A stretch of DNA of 64,000 nt from Selaginella moellendorffii (lineage: Eukaryota; Plantae; Lycopodiophyta): contig NW_003314326.1 of the NCBI RefSeq assembly GCF_000143415.4, positions 186,001 through 250,000 of the forward strand, read 5' to 3'. The translations under genes were made by a program, and so were the position numbers. Under the pieces are notes generated by a model. The model was not told the origin of the DNA and did not search any database. It saw only the letters and a program-made list of their open reading frames with translations. Positions 46,010 through 56,279 of the stretch are shown here, in pieces (the stretch's first letter is position 1; each line of letters begins with the position of its first letter).

Positions 46010-47440
46010 CTAGTTCCGCCTGTGCTTGCGACTGAGATCGAGCGCCAGTGGCCTTCCAATGCTCCGGCGCATCCACAGGCACGCCCTGGGCGACGGATCC
46101 GAAGCCCCCAACGAATCCAATCGCTTGAGCGTCAAGGCGGCCGCTTTCTTGACACACACATCCACCGCCACGGGCCGTAGGTGTTGCTCTTCGTGATATG
46201 ATCGATCCTGCTCGTCGCCGTGATGGCGACGATCCGGTGCCAAATTGCTGGAATTGCTAGCGGCAGCCAGCGCCTGGCACACCTCGATTGCGAGCTGGCG
46301 GTGTTGGGCGATAACATCCGCGGCAGCAGTGGTACCGGTGGATCCCCTGCCGGTGGGACTGTTACTCCTTGAATCCGAGTGCTCCTCGTGATCTTCCTCC
46401 TCGGATTCCTCCTCCTTGGCTGCTGCAACTTGTTCTCGATCGTGATTTCCATCTTGGTCTTCTTTATCTTGGTGACTTGCAGCAACTTCGGAGCTCACAG
46501 GCGGAGGATCCTCTTCATGAATAGAATCCCTGGCAAAGTCCGTTAGATCGATCTCATAGCTGGTGTCTGGATCTTGGTCCTTGCAAGTGCTCGTCACCAC
46601 AGATTCCTGGACTGCCCGCACGGCGGCATCAAACAGCTCGCCCCCTTTCCTACTCGAGTTGGATCTGGCGAAGCGAGCAGGGGATGCCAAGGGCGACGAG
46701 ATGGACGACCTCTTGCTCTTGCTGCGCAGCAGCAATCCACCAGAGCTCCGGCCATTGCAGTAGATGGAAGAAGGGGCCGGCTGCGTTGCGGGTAGTGCTT
46801 TGCTGTTCTTGAGCTTCTTCTTCTTCTTGGAGGAGGAGGAAGACGATGATCTCACCTTTACCTGTCCAATGCAAGTCACCTGTGGAGACGTTGGTTCGCT
46901 GTAGCTCCCTCGAGCAGAATCCGCCGGAACTCTAGAGAAAGTTGGCCCGCCTTTGGTACTGCCGCATCTCATGCTCCCTCCGCCGCCACCGCCGCCACCT
47001 CCTCCTCCGGATGCCACCATCATCATCTCCGCCACAGCGGCAGCACCATGGCCGGGATGATCCGCGAGAACCAACTTGGGAATGAGGCCCAGCGAGCTCC
47101 TCGTCTTGCTACTCCGGCTCCCGGGGAAGCAACCCAGGAAGTGGTGGCCAAAGTAGCTCCGCTTGCTGGGCGCGGCATACCTGGTGCTCGACCCACCGTT
47201 TCGGATGCTTCCCTGCCTCTCCATCATCATCATCCCGCTGCCATTCATCGCCTTGGAGCTCAGCCCCCGCTGCTGCTGCTGCTGGCCGCCACTGCTGTAA
47301 GTGAGCGTTTCACACATGACCCGCGAGTAGTCCCGGCTAGACGATTTCTTGAGCACAATATGTGGATCATGGTCGCTGTGATTCACGGCCTCTTCGTCCC
47401 CTCCGCCTTCGGATGCTCCGCCTGACGATCCTGCCGCCAT
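46010..47440 (-). CDS. Plant-specific disordered protein with the EPTSPxVTCIGQVK motif
   Basis: Long intronless Ser/Gly-rich ORF with EPTSPQVTCIGQVKV and C-terminal PSPRACLWMRRS. First ATG at 47440. Confidence 0.8.
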   Translation of the reverse strand: MAAGSSGGASEGGGDEEAVNHSDHDPHIVLKKSSSRDYSRVMCETLTYSSGGQQQQQRGLSSKAMNGSGMMMMERQGSIRNGGSSTRYAAPSKRSYFGHHFLGCFPGSRSSKTRSSLGLIPKLVLADHPGHGAAAVAEMMMVASGGGGGGGGGGGSMRCGSTKGGPTFSRVPADSARGSYSEPTSPQVTCIGQVKVRSSSSSSSKKKKKLKNSKALPATQPAPSSIYCNGRSSGGLLLRSKSKRSSISSPLASPARFARSNSSRKGGELFDAAVRAVQESVVTSTCKDQDPDTSYEIDLTDFARDSIHEEDPPPVSSEVAASHQDKEDQDGNHDREQVAAAKEEESEEEDHEEHSDSRSNSPTGRGSTGTTAAADVIAQHRQLAIEVCQALAAASNSSNLAPDRRHHGDEQDRSYHEEQHLRPVAVDVCVKKAAALTLKRLDSLGASDPSPRACLWMRRSIGRPLALDLSRKHRRN

Positions 47441-48619
47441 GATAGCTTGTGTGAGTGACGGCTTCTCCGGCTTCTTGGGCAATGCGAGGGGGAGAGAGAT
47501 AGAATCCAATGCTAGCTAGGATAGGATCTACACCTCTCCAGCCTCCAGGCCTTCCTTCCAGCTATAGCTACTTAGCTATCTAACAAGTGAGTGATAGACT
47601 CCTCCTCTCTCTCTCTCTCATTCTCAGCTCACACTCACACTAAAGCATGCTTGGCCTCGTTGTTTTTGCTCGCTCATCACTGATCAGGGCTTTCATCGTC
47701 CGAGTTAGTTGGAGCCAGTTCATAAACAGGCATCTCTCTACCTAAAAAACACTCGCTCTCGATCTCGATCGACGCCATCACTAAACAATTGGTAACCAGG
47801 CGTCGGGGATTGAGTAGGACATTAGATATTGATATTTCTATCTCTCCTCCATGTTGATGGTGGGGTGGAAGGAATTAGCGGCGAGGTTTGCTCAGGGAAA
47901 ATCCCCCCGGCCACCTCCATCTCCATCCAAACACCAAAAAGCAAACAAGCGCAAACAAGGCACACAGCAGTGATCTTGTTTTGTCAGGCCAGGGGACCGA
48001 CGTTGACACGCTGCATACACCCCCCTGTAGCCATATACAATACAATACAATATACACCTGTGTAAATATGTGTATAAAAAAGGTGACTGACTGCTCCTGG
48101 GCTTCGCTTTTGCTCTCGGTCCAACGATCGATTCCCTCCACCAGCAAAGAAATGCCATGCATGCCGGCCTTGTGGACAAGTTTGGCAGCCCAGCAACACG
48201 ATCACACGGGTTAGGGAAGCCAGACTTGACCGGGGAAAAGGTGGCGCAACTCCTTCAAGTTGGTGGCCTTGGCCTTCGGTCAAATCATTCGCGTTTCGGA
48301 GGAAGGGATTTGAAGAGAAAGAATATCAAATGCTGTGCCATGCTGGTGTTTGTCCAATGGTGGCGTACGCATGAGCGTAAATAATGTGGGTGGTGGTCAG
48401 ACCCCGGCCTGGATGCGATCATGCGATGCGATGCCATGAGAAATTGTTTTGGACGTACAAGAAGAAACAAACAAACGAGAGGAGCTCTGCCAGATTTTAC
48501 TTCACATAACATGGCCAGCTCAGTCTAAGCAGCGACTTTGACACGGTCTTCCACGCTTCGACCTCGAATATTTTCAAAACTTCAAATAAACCCCGCGAAG
48601 ATAACGCTGTTCTTGATTG

Positions 48620-50566
48620 TCAAAGAGAGAAAGTGATCCAATCCATCGCTACTCCCTCTCGATCTCCCTGCCAGATCAACTCGGACAGCAGCGAATACAC
48701 CGCGGTGTCCTCGTCGTCGAGCTCCACCACACGCGCCGCCGCGCGGCCGCCGCGATCGCTGTCACCGTGGTTCCTGCAAGCTCCCAGCAAGCTCCTCCAT
48801 GAGACCGCATCAGGAGGCACCGGCATGGCGGCGATCACCCCCTCCGCCGCCGCCAGTTCCCCCGTCCGGCCCAGCAGATCCACGATGCAATTGTAGTGTC
48901 CCCTCGCGGGGCGGAGGTCCGAGTACTCGTTCATCAGTCGCAAGTAGCCGCAGGCCTCGGACACAACTCCGATGTGAGCACACGCGGCCAAGATGGACGT
49001 GAAGCTCGCCTCGTCCGGAACCATGCCCTCAAGATTCATGACGTGGAAGAGCGCCAGCGCCTCTCTGCAGCCCCAGACGTTTCGGGCATACGCCTCGAGG
49101 ACGACGTTCCATGACACGAGGTTCTTCCACGGCATGGCCTCGAACGCTTGCCTCGCCTCGGAAAGGATCCCGTGGTGGGCATACGCCGACACCATGCCCG
49201 TCCACGAGATGACGGTCCTCCACGGCATGAGCAGGAACGTTCTCTTAGCCTCTTCCAGGAGCTTGCTCTGGGCGTAGATCATGAGCAGCGCCGTCCACGA
49301 CACCACATCCCGCTCAGGCATTCCGTGGAATGTGTCCACTGCCTCGCTCAGTTGCCTGCGCTCGGCGTACGCTTGTAAGATCACGTTGCACGAAGGGACG
49401 CTCCACTTGGGGATTCTTGAAAAGGCCTGGATTCCCAGCTCCAGTTCCTCGTTCTGGGTATACGCCGCCACCACCGCATTCCACGAGACGATGTTCTTCT
49501 CGGGCATCTCGTCAAACACGAGCTTCATCTCCTGGGTATGCCCCTTTTGGGCATACGCCGTCAGCATTGCGGTCCACGCCACTACGTCCTTGTAGGCCAT
49601 GCTGTCAAACGCCGTCTTGGCCTTGTCCAGATGCCCGTTCAGGGCATACGCGTGGAACATGGCGTTTGTGAGCGATCGCTCCTGCCGGGCGGACGCAAAT
49701 GCCAGCTCCGCCCGTCTCACGTCCCCGCACTCGCCGTAGGCCTGTATCATCACCTGCCACGTACGCCAGTCCCGCTGGGGCATCCGCCACGCGACCCCCA
49801 TTGACCGCTCGTATTGACCGTTGACGGCATAGCCGTGGATGAGCGCGTTCCATGTCACCACATTTCGCTGCGGCATGGCGTCAAACATGGCCTTCGCCTC
49901 GTCAAGCCGGTCCTCCTCCACGTATGCCGCCAGCAGGGACGTCCATGAGACCACGTCCCACTCGGGCGCCAGGTGGAACGCCACGCTGGCCTCGTCAAGA
50001 TGACCAAACTGGGCAAGCCCGTGCATGATAACGTTCCACGACTGGATGTTCCTCTCGGGCATGACTTGGAAGAGCCACGAAGCCTCGTCCACGAGGCCAG
50101 CGTTAGCTTTTGCCGACACAAGGCAATTCCAGGCGCTTAGATCCCACTGCGGGGTCTTGTGAAAGATCTCTGTAGCCTTCTCCAAATGCCCATGTTGGTG
50201 AAATGCGGTAACCATGGTATTCCACGAGATAACGTCCCTCTCCGGCATACCCTGGAAGCTCGCCAGCGCTTCCCCCAGATGTCTGTTCTGTGCAAGGAGA
50301 TGGATCATCGTGTTCCACGCACAGACGCTTGGGTTGTCTAGCTGCTGGAAGAGCGAGCGCGCATCGTCGACGCTGCCGCATCGCCCATACATGTGGAGAA
50401 GGAGATTGCTCAGCTGCTTGTCCTGCGCAAACCGGCTGGTGAGAATTTGCTCGTGAATTCGTCTTCCCTCCGCGAGATCCCTGGTTCGCGTGCATGATCT
50501 CACAGATCCCACCAGGCACATCCATTCCTTCTTGGTCGCTGACTCAGCCGCGAGCCATCGTAGCAT
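48620..50566 (-). CDS. PLS-class PPR protein with E extension
   Basis: 648-aa intronless ORF; HYNCIVDLLGRTG...WRSLLGAC...YSLLS. Confidence 0.95.
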   Translation of the reverse strand: MLRWLAAESATKKEWMCLVGSVRSCTRTRDLAEGRRIHEQILTSRFAQDKQLSNLLLHMYGRCGSVDDARSLFQQLDNPSVCAWNTMIHLLAQNRHLGEALASFQGMPERDVISWNTMVTAFHQHGHLEKATEIFHKTPQWDLSAWNCLVSAKANAGLVDEASWLFQVMPERNIQSWNVIMHGLAQFGHLDEASVAFHLAPEWDVVSWTSLLAAYVEEDRLDEAKAMFDAMPQRNVVTWNALIHGYAVNGQYERSMGVAWRMPQRDWRTWQVMIQAYGECGDVRRAELAFASARQERSLTNAMFHAYALNGHLDKAKTAFDSMAYKDVVAWTAMLTAYAQKGHTQEMKLVFDEMPEKNIVSWNAVVAAYTQNEELELGIQAFSRIPKWSVPSCNVILQAYAERRQLSEAVDTFHGMPERDVVSWTALLMIYAQSKLLEEAKRTFLLMPWRTVISWTGMVSAYAHHGILSEARQAFEAMPWKNLVSWNVVLEAYARNVWGCREALALFHVMNLEGMVPDEASFTSILAACAHIGVVSEACGYLRLMNEYSDLRPARGHYNCIVDLLGRTGELAAAEGVIAAMPVPPDAVSWRSLLGACRNHGDSDRGGRAAARVVELDDEDTAVYSLLSELIWQGDREGVAMDWITFSL

Positions 50567-50598
50567 GAATCACTCCTTCCTCTGTGATCGATCGCTCA

Positions 50599-52989
50599 CT
50601 AGCCACATTGGCTGGAGATCGTCGAGAGCAGCAAATAGTGAGATGGGTTACTGGAATCTATCTCCATGGCACGCCCAGCGGCAAATCTCGCCCTCTCCAT
50701 GTCCTGGTGGATCCGGCAAGCCCCCAAGAGAGCTCCCCACGCTATGGTGCTCGGGGAGATGGGCATGCTCGTCACTATCTCCTCGGCCAGCTCCATCTTG
50801 CCGGCTCGCCCAAGCATATCGATCACGCAAGAGTAGTGTTCCTTGGATGGAACCACGCGAAAGTCATCCACCATCGACACGAAAACCTGGCGAGCTCGGC
50901 TCATCGATCCGACATGACTACAAGCGGACAAGACCGTCATCAGCGTGATCTCGTCGGGTGGAGCGCCCTCCAAGATCATTGTCTGGAACGCATCCAGAGC
51001 CTCGGTGTGGAATCCATTCGAGTCGTAGGCCTTGATCATCGCGTTCCACGACACGGCATTCCTCTCGGGCATCTCCTCGAAAAGACTCCTCGCCTCGTCC
51101 ATATACCCCTTTTGGGCATACACGGAAACAATGGCCGTCCACGTTATCACACTCCTCTCCGGCATCTCCTCAAAGAGAGCTCGAGCTCGATCCAAATGCC
51201 CATTCTGGGCATTTCCCACAATCACCACCGTGACCGTCACCGTGCTCCACTCGGGCATTCGCTGGAATCCAGCCTCGGCCTCCTGGAGCCGATCGTTCTG
51301 CGAGAGCGCTGCGATTACCGCAGTCCAGGAGACGCCATCTCGCTCCTCGGCTGCATCAAAGAGCTCCTTGGCTTGCTGCGGGCATTCAAACCGAGCGTAA
51401 GCGGAGATCATCGTGTTCCAAGACAGGAGCGCGTTGCTGGGCAATCGATCAAACACGAGCTTCGTCTCGGCGAGCTCCCCGGCCTGGGACAAGGAGTGGA
51501 GTAGCCACGTCCAGTGGCTCCTCCCGCGCTCGGGCATGGAATCAAAAACTTGCCTGGCTCTGGCAGTGTCGGATCTCCTCACAAACGCATTGAAGAGCGC
51601 GTTCCAAGTCGCCACCCTGTGCTGTGGCATCCGCTGGAACATGAGCTCCGCTTGATCCGCGTGACCGGCCTCGGCGTGAGCTTGCATCATGCACGTCCAC
51701 GACACCACGTCCCTGTGAGGCATCGAATCGAACAAGCTCTTGCAGTGGGCTTCGTGGTGCTCTTGGCCATCGCTGCTGATGTTCTTGGCATCTGCTGCGA
51801 GGAGAGAATTCAGCGTCACCAGGTTCATAGCCGGCATTCGATCGTATAGCATCTTGGCCTCGTCGGTCTGCCCGGCTTCGACGTAAGCTTGCATCATCGC
51901 GTTCCAAGACAAGAGGTCGCGCTTGGCCATCCTCTCGAAAAAGAGGCTCTCGGCCTCTCTCACCATGGCACCTGTGTGAGCGTACGCTGCGATCATTCCA
52001 TTCCACGAGGAAAGATCTTTCACTGGCGCTTTCTGGAACAGGCTCTCGGCTTCCTCGATCATCCCATTCTGCGCGTAGGCCTGGATCATGGCGTTCCACG
52101 ACACAACGTCCCGGTAGGGGATCTTGAGGAAGAAACTCTCGGCGCCCTCGACGCAACCATCGTTAGCAAAGGCCGCGATCATCGTCCCCCACGAGACCTC
52201 GGTCCGGCAGGGCATGCTGTCGAACCCGGCCTTTGCTCCCTCGGGATCGCCCTTGAAAGCGTGAGCGGCCAACAACACATTCCACGACACCACGCTGCGA
52301 TCAAGCATAGCATCGAAGATCTCTTTGGCCTTGTCGTAATGCTCACTGTGAACGTAAGCAGTCATCATAGTCGTGCTTGCAATCGGGCTCCAAACTGGGA
52401 TCTTCTCAAACACTTCGCGAGCGTTGTGCACAAGCCCGTTCTGGGCAAATGCTTGTATCATCCCGTTCCACGACACAATATTCCTCTCCAACGAAGAATC
52501 AAACATTCTCTTTGAAGTATTAACTTCTCCATTCGATGCATACGCAGATATCATAGCATTGCACGACACAAAATTCCACTGAGGTGTTAGAAAGAAAGCT
52601 CTTTCAGAAAATTCCAAATGCCCACCTTGGGCAACTGCTGCTATAATGGCATTCCAAGAAACCACGTCTCGCACGGGCATCCGATCGAAAATCTTCTGCA
52701 CCTCCTGGACGGCGCCATTGTCGGCGTAGGCTTGGATCATGATATTCCAGGAGAAGACATTGGGCTCCTGGGTCGCTGCAAACACGGCCTCGGCATCTTG
52801 AGGGCGGCCGCATTTTCCATACATCTGGACGAGGAGATTGCGGAGGAAAGTGTTGTGGGCGTGATCGCTGGCTTGGATCTGAGCGTGGATGCGCTTTCCC
52901 TCTGCCAAATCCTTGGCCGCCGCGCAATGCTTGAGGCTCCTGGCAAAAAGATCTTGCTGTTGCTTCCGCTGCAACAAAGCTAGGCTCAT
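50599..52989 (-). CDS. PLS-class PPR protein with E extension
   Basis: 796-aa intronless ORF; HYSCVIDMLGRAG...WGALLGAC...YLLLS. Confidence 0.95.
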   Translation of the reverse strand: MSLALLQRKQQQDLFARSLKHCAAAKDLAEGKRIHAQIQASDHAHNTFLRNLLVQMYGKCGRPQDAEAVFAATQEPNVFSWNIMIQAYADNGAVQEVQKIFDRMPVRDVVSWNAIIAAVAQGGHLEFSERAFFLTPQWNFVSCNAMISAYASNGEVNTSKRMFDSSLERNIVSWNGMIQAFAQNGLVHNAREVFEKIPVWSPIASTTMMTAYVHSEHYDKAKEIFDAMLDRSVVSWNVLLAAHAFKGDPEGAKAGFDSMPCRTEVSWGTMIAAFANDGCVEGAESFFLKIPYRDVVSWNAMIQAYAQNGMIEEAESLFQKAPVKDLSSWNGMIAAYAHTGAMVREAESLFFERMAKRDLLSWNAMMQAYVEAGQTDEAKMLYDRMPAMNLVTLNSLLAADAKNISSDGQEHHEAHCKSLFDSMPHRDVVSWTCMMQAHAEAGHADQAELMFQRMPQHRVATWNALFNAFVRRSDTARARQVFDSMPERGRSHWTWLLHSLSQAGELAETKLVFDRLPSNALLSWNTMISAYARFECPQQAKELFDAAEERDGVSWTAVIAALSQNDRLQEAEAGFQRMPEWSTVTVTVVIVGNAQNGHLDRARALFEEMPERSVITWTAIVSVYAQKGYMDEARSLFEEMPERNAVSWNAMIKAYDSNGFHTEALDAFQTMILEGAPPDEITLMTVLSACSHVGSMSRARQVFVSMVDDFRVVPSKEHYSCVIDMLGRAGKMELAEEIVTSMPISPSTIAWGALLGACRIHQDMERARFAAGRAMEIDSSNPSHYLLLSTISSQCG

Positions 52990-53124
52990 ATCCTTCCCGG
53001 GCCATGGGCGCGGCTACAGGTGTGCCGTGGGACGTCGCAGACCCATGGCGCGATCAACACACCGTGTGCGCGGGAATAAAGGCCATAATTTGAAAAGGGG
53101 CCCTAGGGTTCGTGGTCAGTGGCG

Positions 53125-55071
53125 ATGGCGAAAGACGTGGGAATTCTCGCAATGGAGGTCTACTTTCCCGGCGTGTGCGTCAACCAGGTACTGTGATCTT
53201 TCATGTGGATCCATGATCGATGATTGACGATCGATCGAGCGATCGCTTTTCAGGTAGACTTGGCGAGGTTTGACAAAGTGCCGCCAAAGTACTACACCGA
53301 AGGCTTGGGACAGGAGCGCCTGGCTTTCTGCGAGGACACCGAAGATGTGATCTCCATGAGGTGCTACGATCGCACAAGTTCTCTCAGGGAACGCAAGCCT
53401 CTTCATTAGAATTCTCGTTCTAAGTTTGTTTGATAGCTTGACAGTGGTCAAATCGCTCTTGGAGAATTATAACATATCTCCTTCAAGCATTGGACGGCTC
53501 GAGGTTGGAAGCGAGACCGTGATTGACAAGAGCAAGTCCATCAAAAGCTACCTCATGCCTTTGTTCGAGGTGAGATGAGACTGAGATCGTCATTCATCTT
53601 TGGTCTATGTAACGTTGGTTAAAAACCTGGACAGGAGAACAGTGGCATTGAAGGCGTTGACTCCACCAATGCTTGCTATGGAGGAACCGCAGCGCTCTTC
53701 AACTGTGTCAACTGGATCGAAAGTCGCTCATGGGACGGAAGGCTTGCGATCGTTGTAGCCGCAGACATTGCGGTAAGTTTTCGATCATGGAGCTAAACCG
53801 GTGACCAGCACGTCAATTGCAGGTTTATGCTGAAGGCACTGCTCGTCCCAGCGGCGGTGCTGGTGCGGTTGCCATGCTTGTAGGACCGAACGCGCCGCTT
53901 GTTCTCGAACGAAGCTATACCGGAACGTACATGGCTCACGTCTATGATTTCTACAAGCCTGACTTAAGCAGTGAATATCCGGTACATTGCTACATCTCCG
54001 TCGTTTTCCTTTTTATTTTCTCACTTTGAATTGTGCTGTCGTCCAGGTGGTCGACTCCAAACTATCCCAAAAGTGCTACCTCAAGGCATTAGATGTGTGC
54101 TACAAGAGATACTGTGAAAGGTGTGAATCGTGTTTCGTTATCGCGCATGCTTCTTAAACATGGATGCAGATACGAGAGCATCGAGGCGAGACCGTTCACT
54201 GTCCAGGAAGCAGACTTTCTAGTCTTCCATGCACCTTTTAACAAGGTTTGGATCCTTTGGCGATTTCCGATGTATTCATTTAGTCTATTCCAGCTCGTTC
54301 GGAGAAGTTTTGAGCGGCTGCTGTGGAATGACTACCAGCGGGACTGCAGGTATCTCTTTACAAAACCTTGTTCTTGACTATGGCGTATTCACCGTAGGAC
54401 CTTGTGTACAGTTCTCTGGGAGAAGATGGAGAAAAACTCAAACCATTTCAAGGATTGACGGCAGACAGCATCGTCAGCAATGCAAGTCTCAAAGAGGTGA
54501 ATTACAAATCTGTGGAGTTTTTTTCTCACGGGCCGAATGTCTCTTACAGGTCATGAAAGCTGTAGCGGAGCCTGGATATGATGCAAAGGTTTCCCCTTCG
54601 ACGCTGATTCCGAGACGAGTCGGCAATACGTATTGCGCATCACTGTATGCTGGCCTAGCTTCCCTGGTCCACAACAAGGCCAGCTTACTCGACGATGGCC
54701 AAAGCATTCTCATGTTCTCGTATGGAAGCGGGCTGGCATCGTCTCTCTTTTCCATCCGCGTCAGAAGAGTGGAAGGTGTTCACAGCTTGGAGAACGTGGC
54801 CAAGACAATGGCAATCTCAGAGAAACTCGATTCTTGTGTTGCGGTACGCTGTCTTTCTTCGTTCTTATCACATATAAATTGTAATTTATGTTCGGCACGG
54901 CAGGTTTCTCCAGAAAAGTTTGTGGAGACGATGAAGATAATGGAGAGCCGATATGGTTCCAAAGACTTCGTCCCAATGGGTGATTTGGCAACTGTTAGGC
55001 CGGGAGCATTCTACTTGGCTGGAGTAGACTCTCTATATCGCAGGACCTACGAAAGACGAGCTCTAACTTGA
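53125..55071 (+). CDS. HMGS: 3-hydroxy-3-methylglutaryl-CoA synthase
   Basis: [51 protein letters not shown] (catalytic Cys), [40 protein letters not shown]. About 10 exons. Confidence 0.96.
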
Positions 55072-55229
55072 GTTAGAACTTCGAAGAGATTTTGTCACCG
55101 AAAACTTCGTATTAAAAGATCTCAAAAATGGTAGTCCGATAAAACCAGTAACGAGGATTCTCACGCTCGAATTCTCATCTGTTCTAGCCGGATCACGACG
55201 CCATAAAAAAATCGTGTCAAACATGTCAA

Positions 55230-56075
55230 CGAGCCCGTTGCGGACGTATGCTTGAATAGTCCCATTCCACATACGATTTTCCGTTCCAACACCCAAGACA
55301 AGGACGGATTCCTGGCAGCTAGCGTCCCCGTAGAATCCATGGGAAGCGTTTTCATACTCGATGAGCTTCACGGCATTGCCAGCGTCTTGGCAGAGATCAT
55401 TTGTGACACGACACCAAGTTCCATTTCGGTGTCAAAGAAATAACCCGCTCTTAAGAACACAAATGCCCCTATTGGGCAGCTGCTGCAACGATAGCGTTTC
55501 AAGAGACCACGTCTCGCACGGGCATTCGATTATACACCGGGAATGTCTGGAGACATACAGAAAACACGCCCTCGGCGACAAGCACTACTGGCGACGTTAA
55601 GGCGGTTCACTCCTCAGGCATTCTAGCTCAGTCGTCCCTCCAGGCTTGGGATCACTTGATCCAGACTCGGCGTTGCCTGTGCAATCAGGGCAAGAATCGC
55701 CACTAGAAACACAAAACACTATGTGAGATCTGGTAGGAATTGCAGGGATCATGTAACAGCTTTAAAAGGCCAACAGGAAACATGCGACATCAGTCTGTCT
55801 CGTCCCCTGGCATGCCTGGAGTATATTCTCCTGCATATTGGCGGGAAGATTTCCACCAATACTCTGCAACACTAGAATTCGTTGCAATGTTTAGGACAAA
55901 CCTTAACAAGAATACAAATGCTCGCTCTACAAAGATGGCGCCCCTGGTAGTATGCTACATTGGGCTCGCGATTTATAGCAAACCAGCCCTGGGCAGTGTT
56001 GAGGGCACTTGCCAAAGGAGCTGGCGAATCCTTGGCCGCCGCGCAACGCCTGTCAAAAAGATCTTCCTGTTAAAG
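55230..56075 (-). pseudogene. Decayed duplicate of the 5' part of PPR 50599-52989, interrupted by ~400 bp of unrelated DNA
   Basis: accacgtctcgcacgggcat (~55506 vs ~52661) and aatccttggccgccgcgcaa...aaaaagatctt.ctgtt (~56027 vs ~52908). Confidence 0.8.
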
Positions 56076-56279
56076 TATCGCATATCCTGTCATGGTCATC
56101 GTTGTCACGAAACCAGAGGAGGAGATCCGGGCCATCCGATCCCGATCTAACGGCTCTAACTGACTGCTTCTTCATTTACAAAATTGTACAAGCCACTCCT
56201 TTGTCTCTGTAACAAAAGATAGCGCTCCTTTTCCACGCCAAGCGAGCGAGCGAGCTAGCTAGCTGCCTATAGCCTCTAC

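Noticed and set aside
12548-55071. Z-ISO, CPR and HMGS as an isoprenoid biosynthetic cluster
   Set aside because: They are spread over 40 kb among unrelated genes, act in different compartments, and no terpene synthase or P450 is present.
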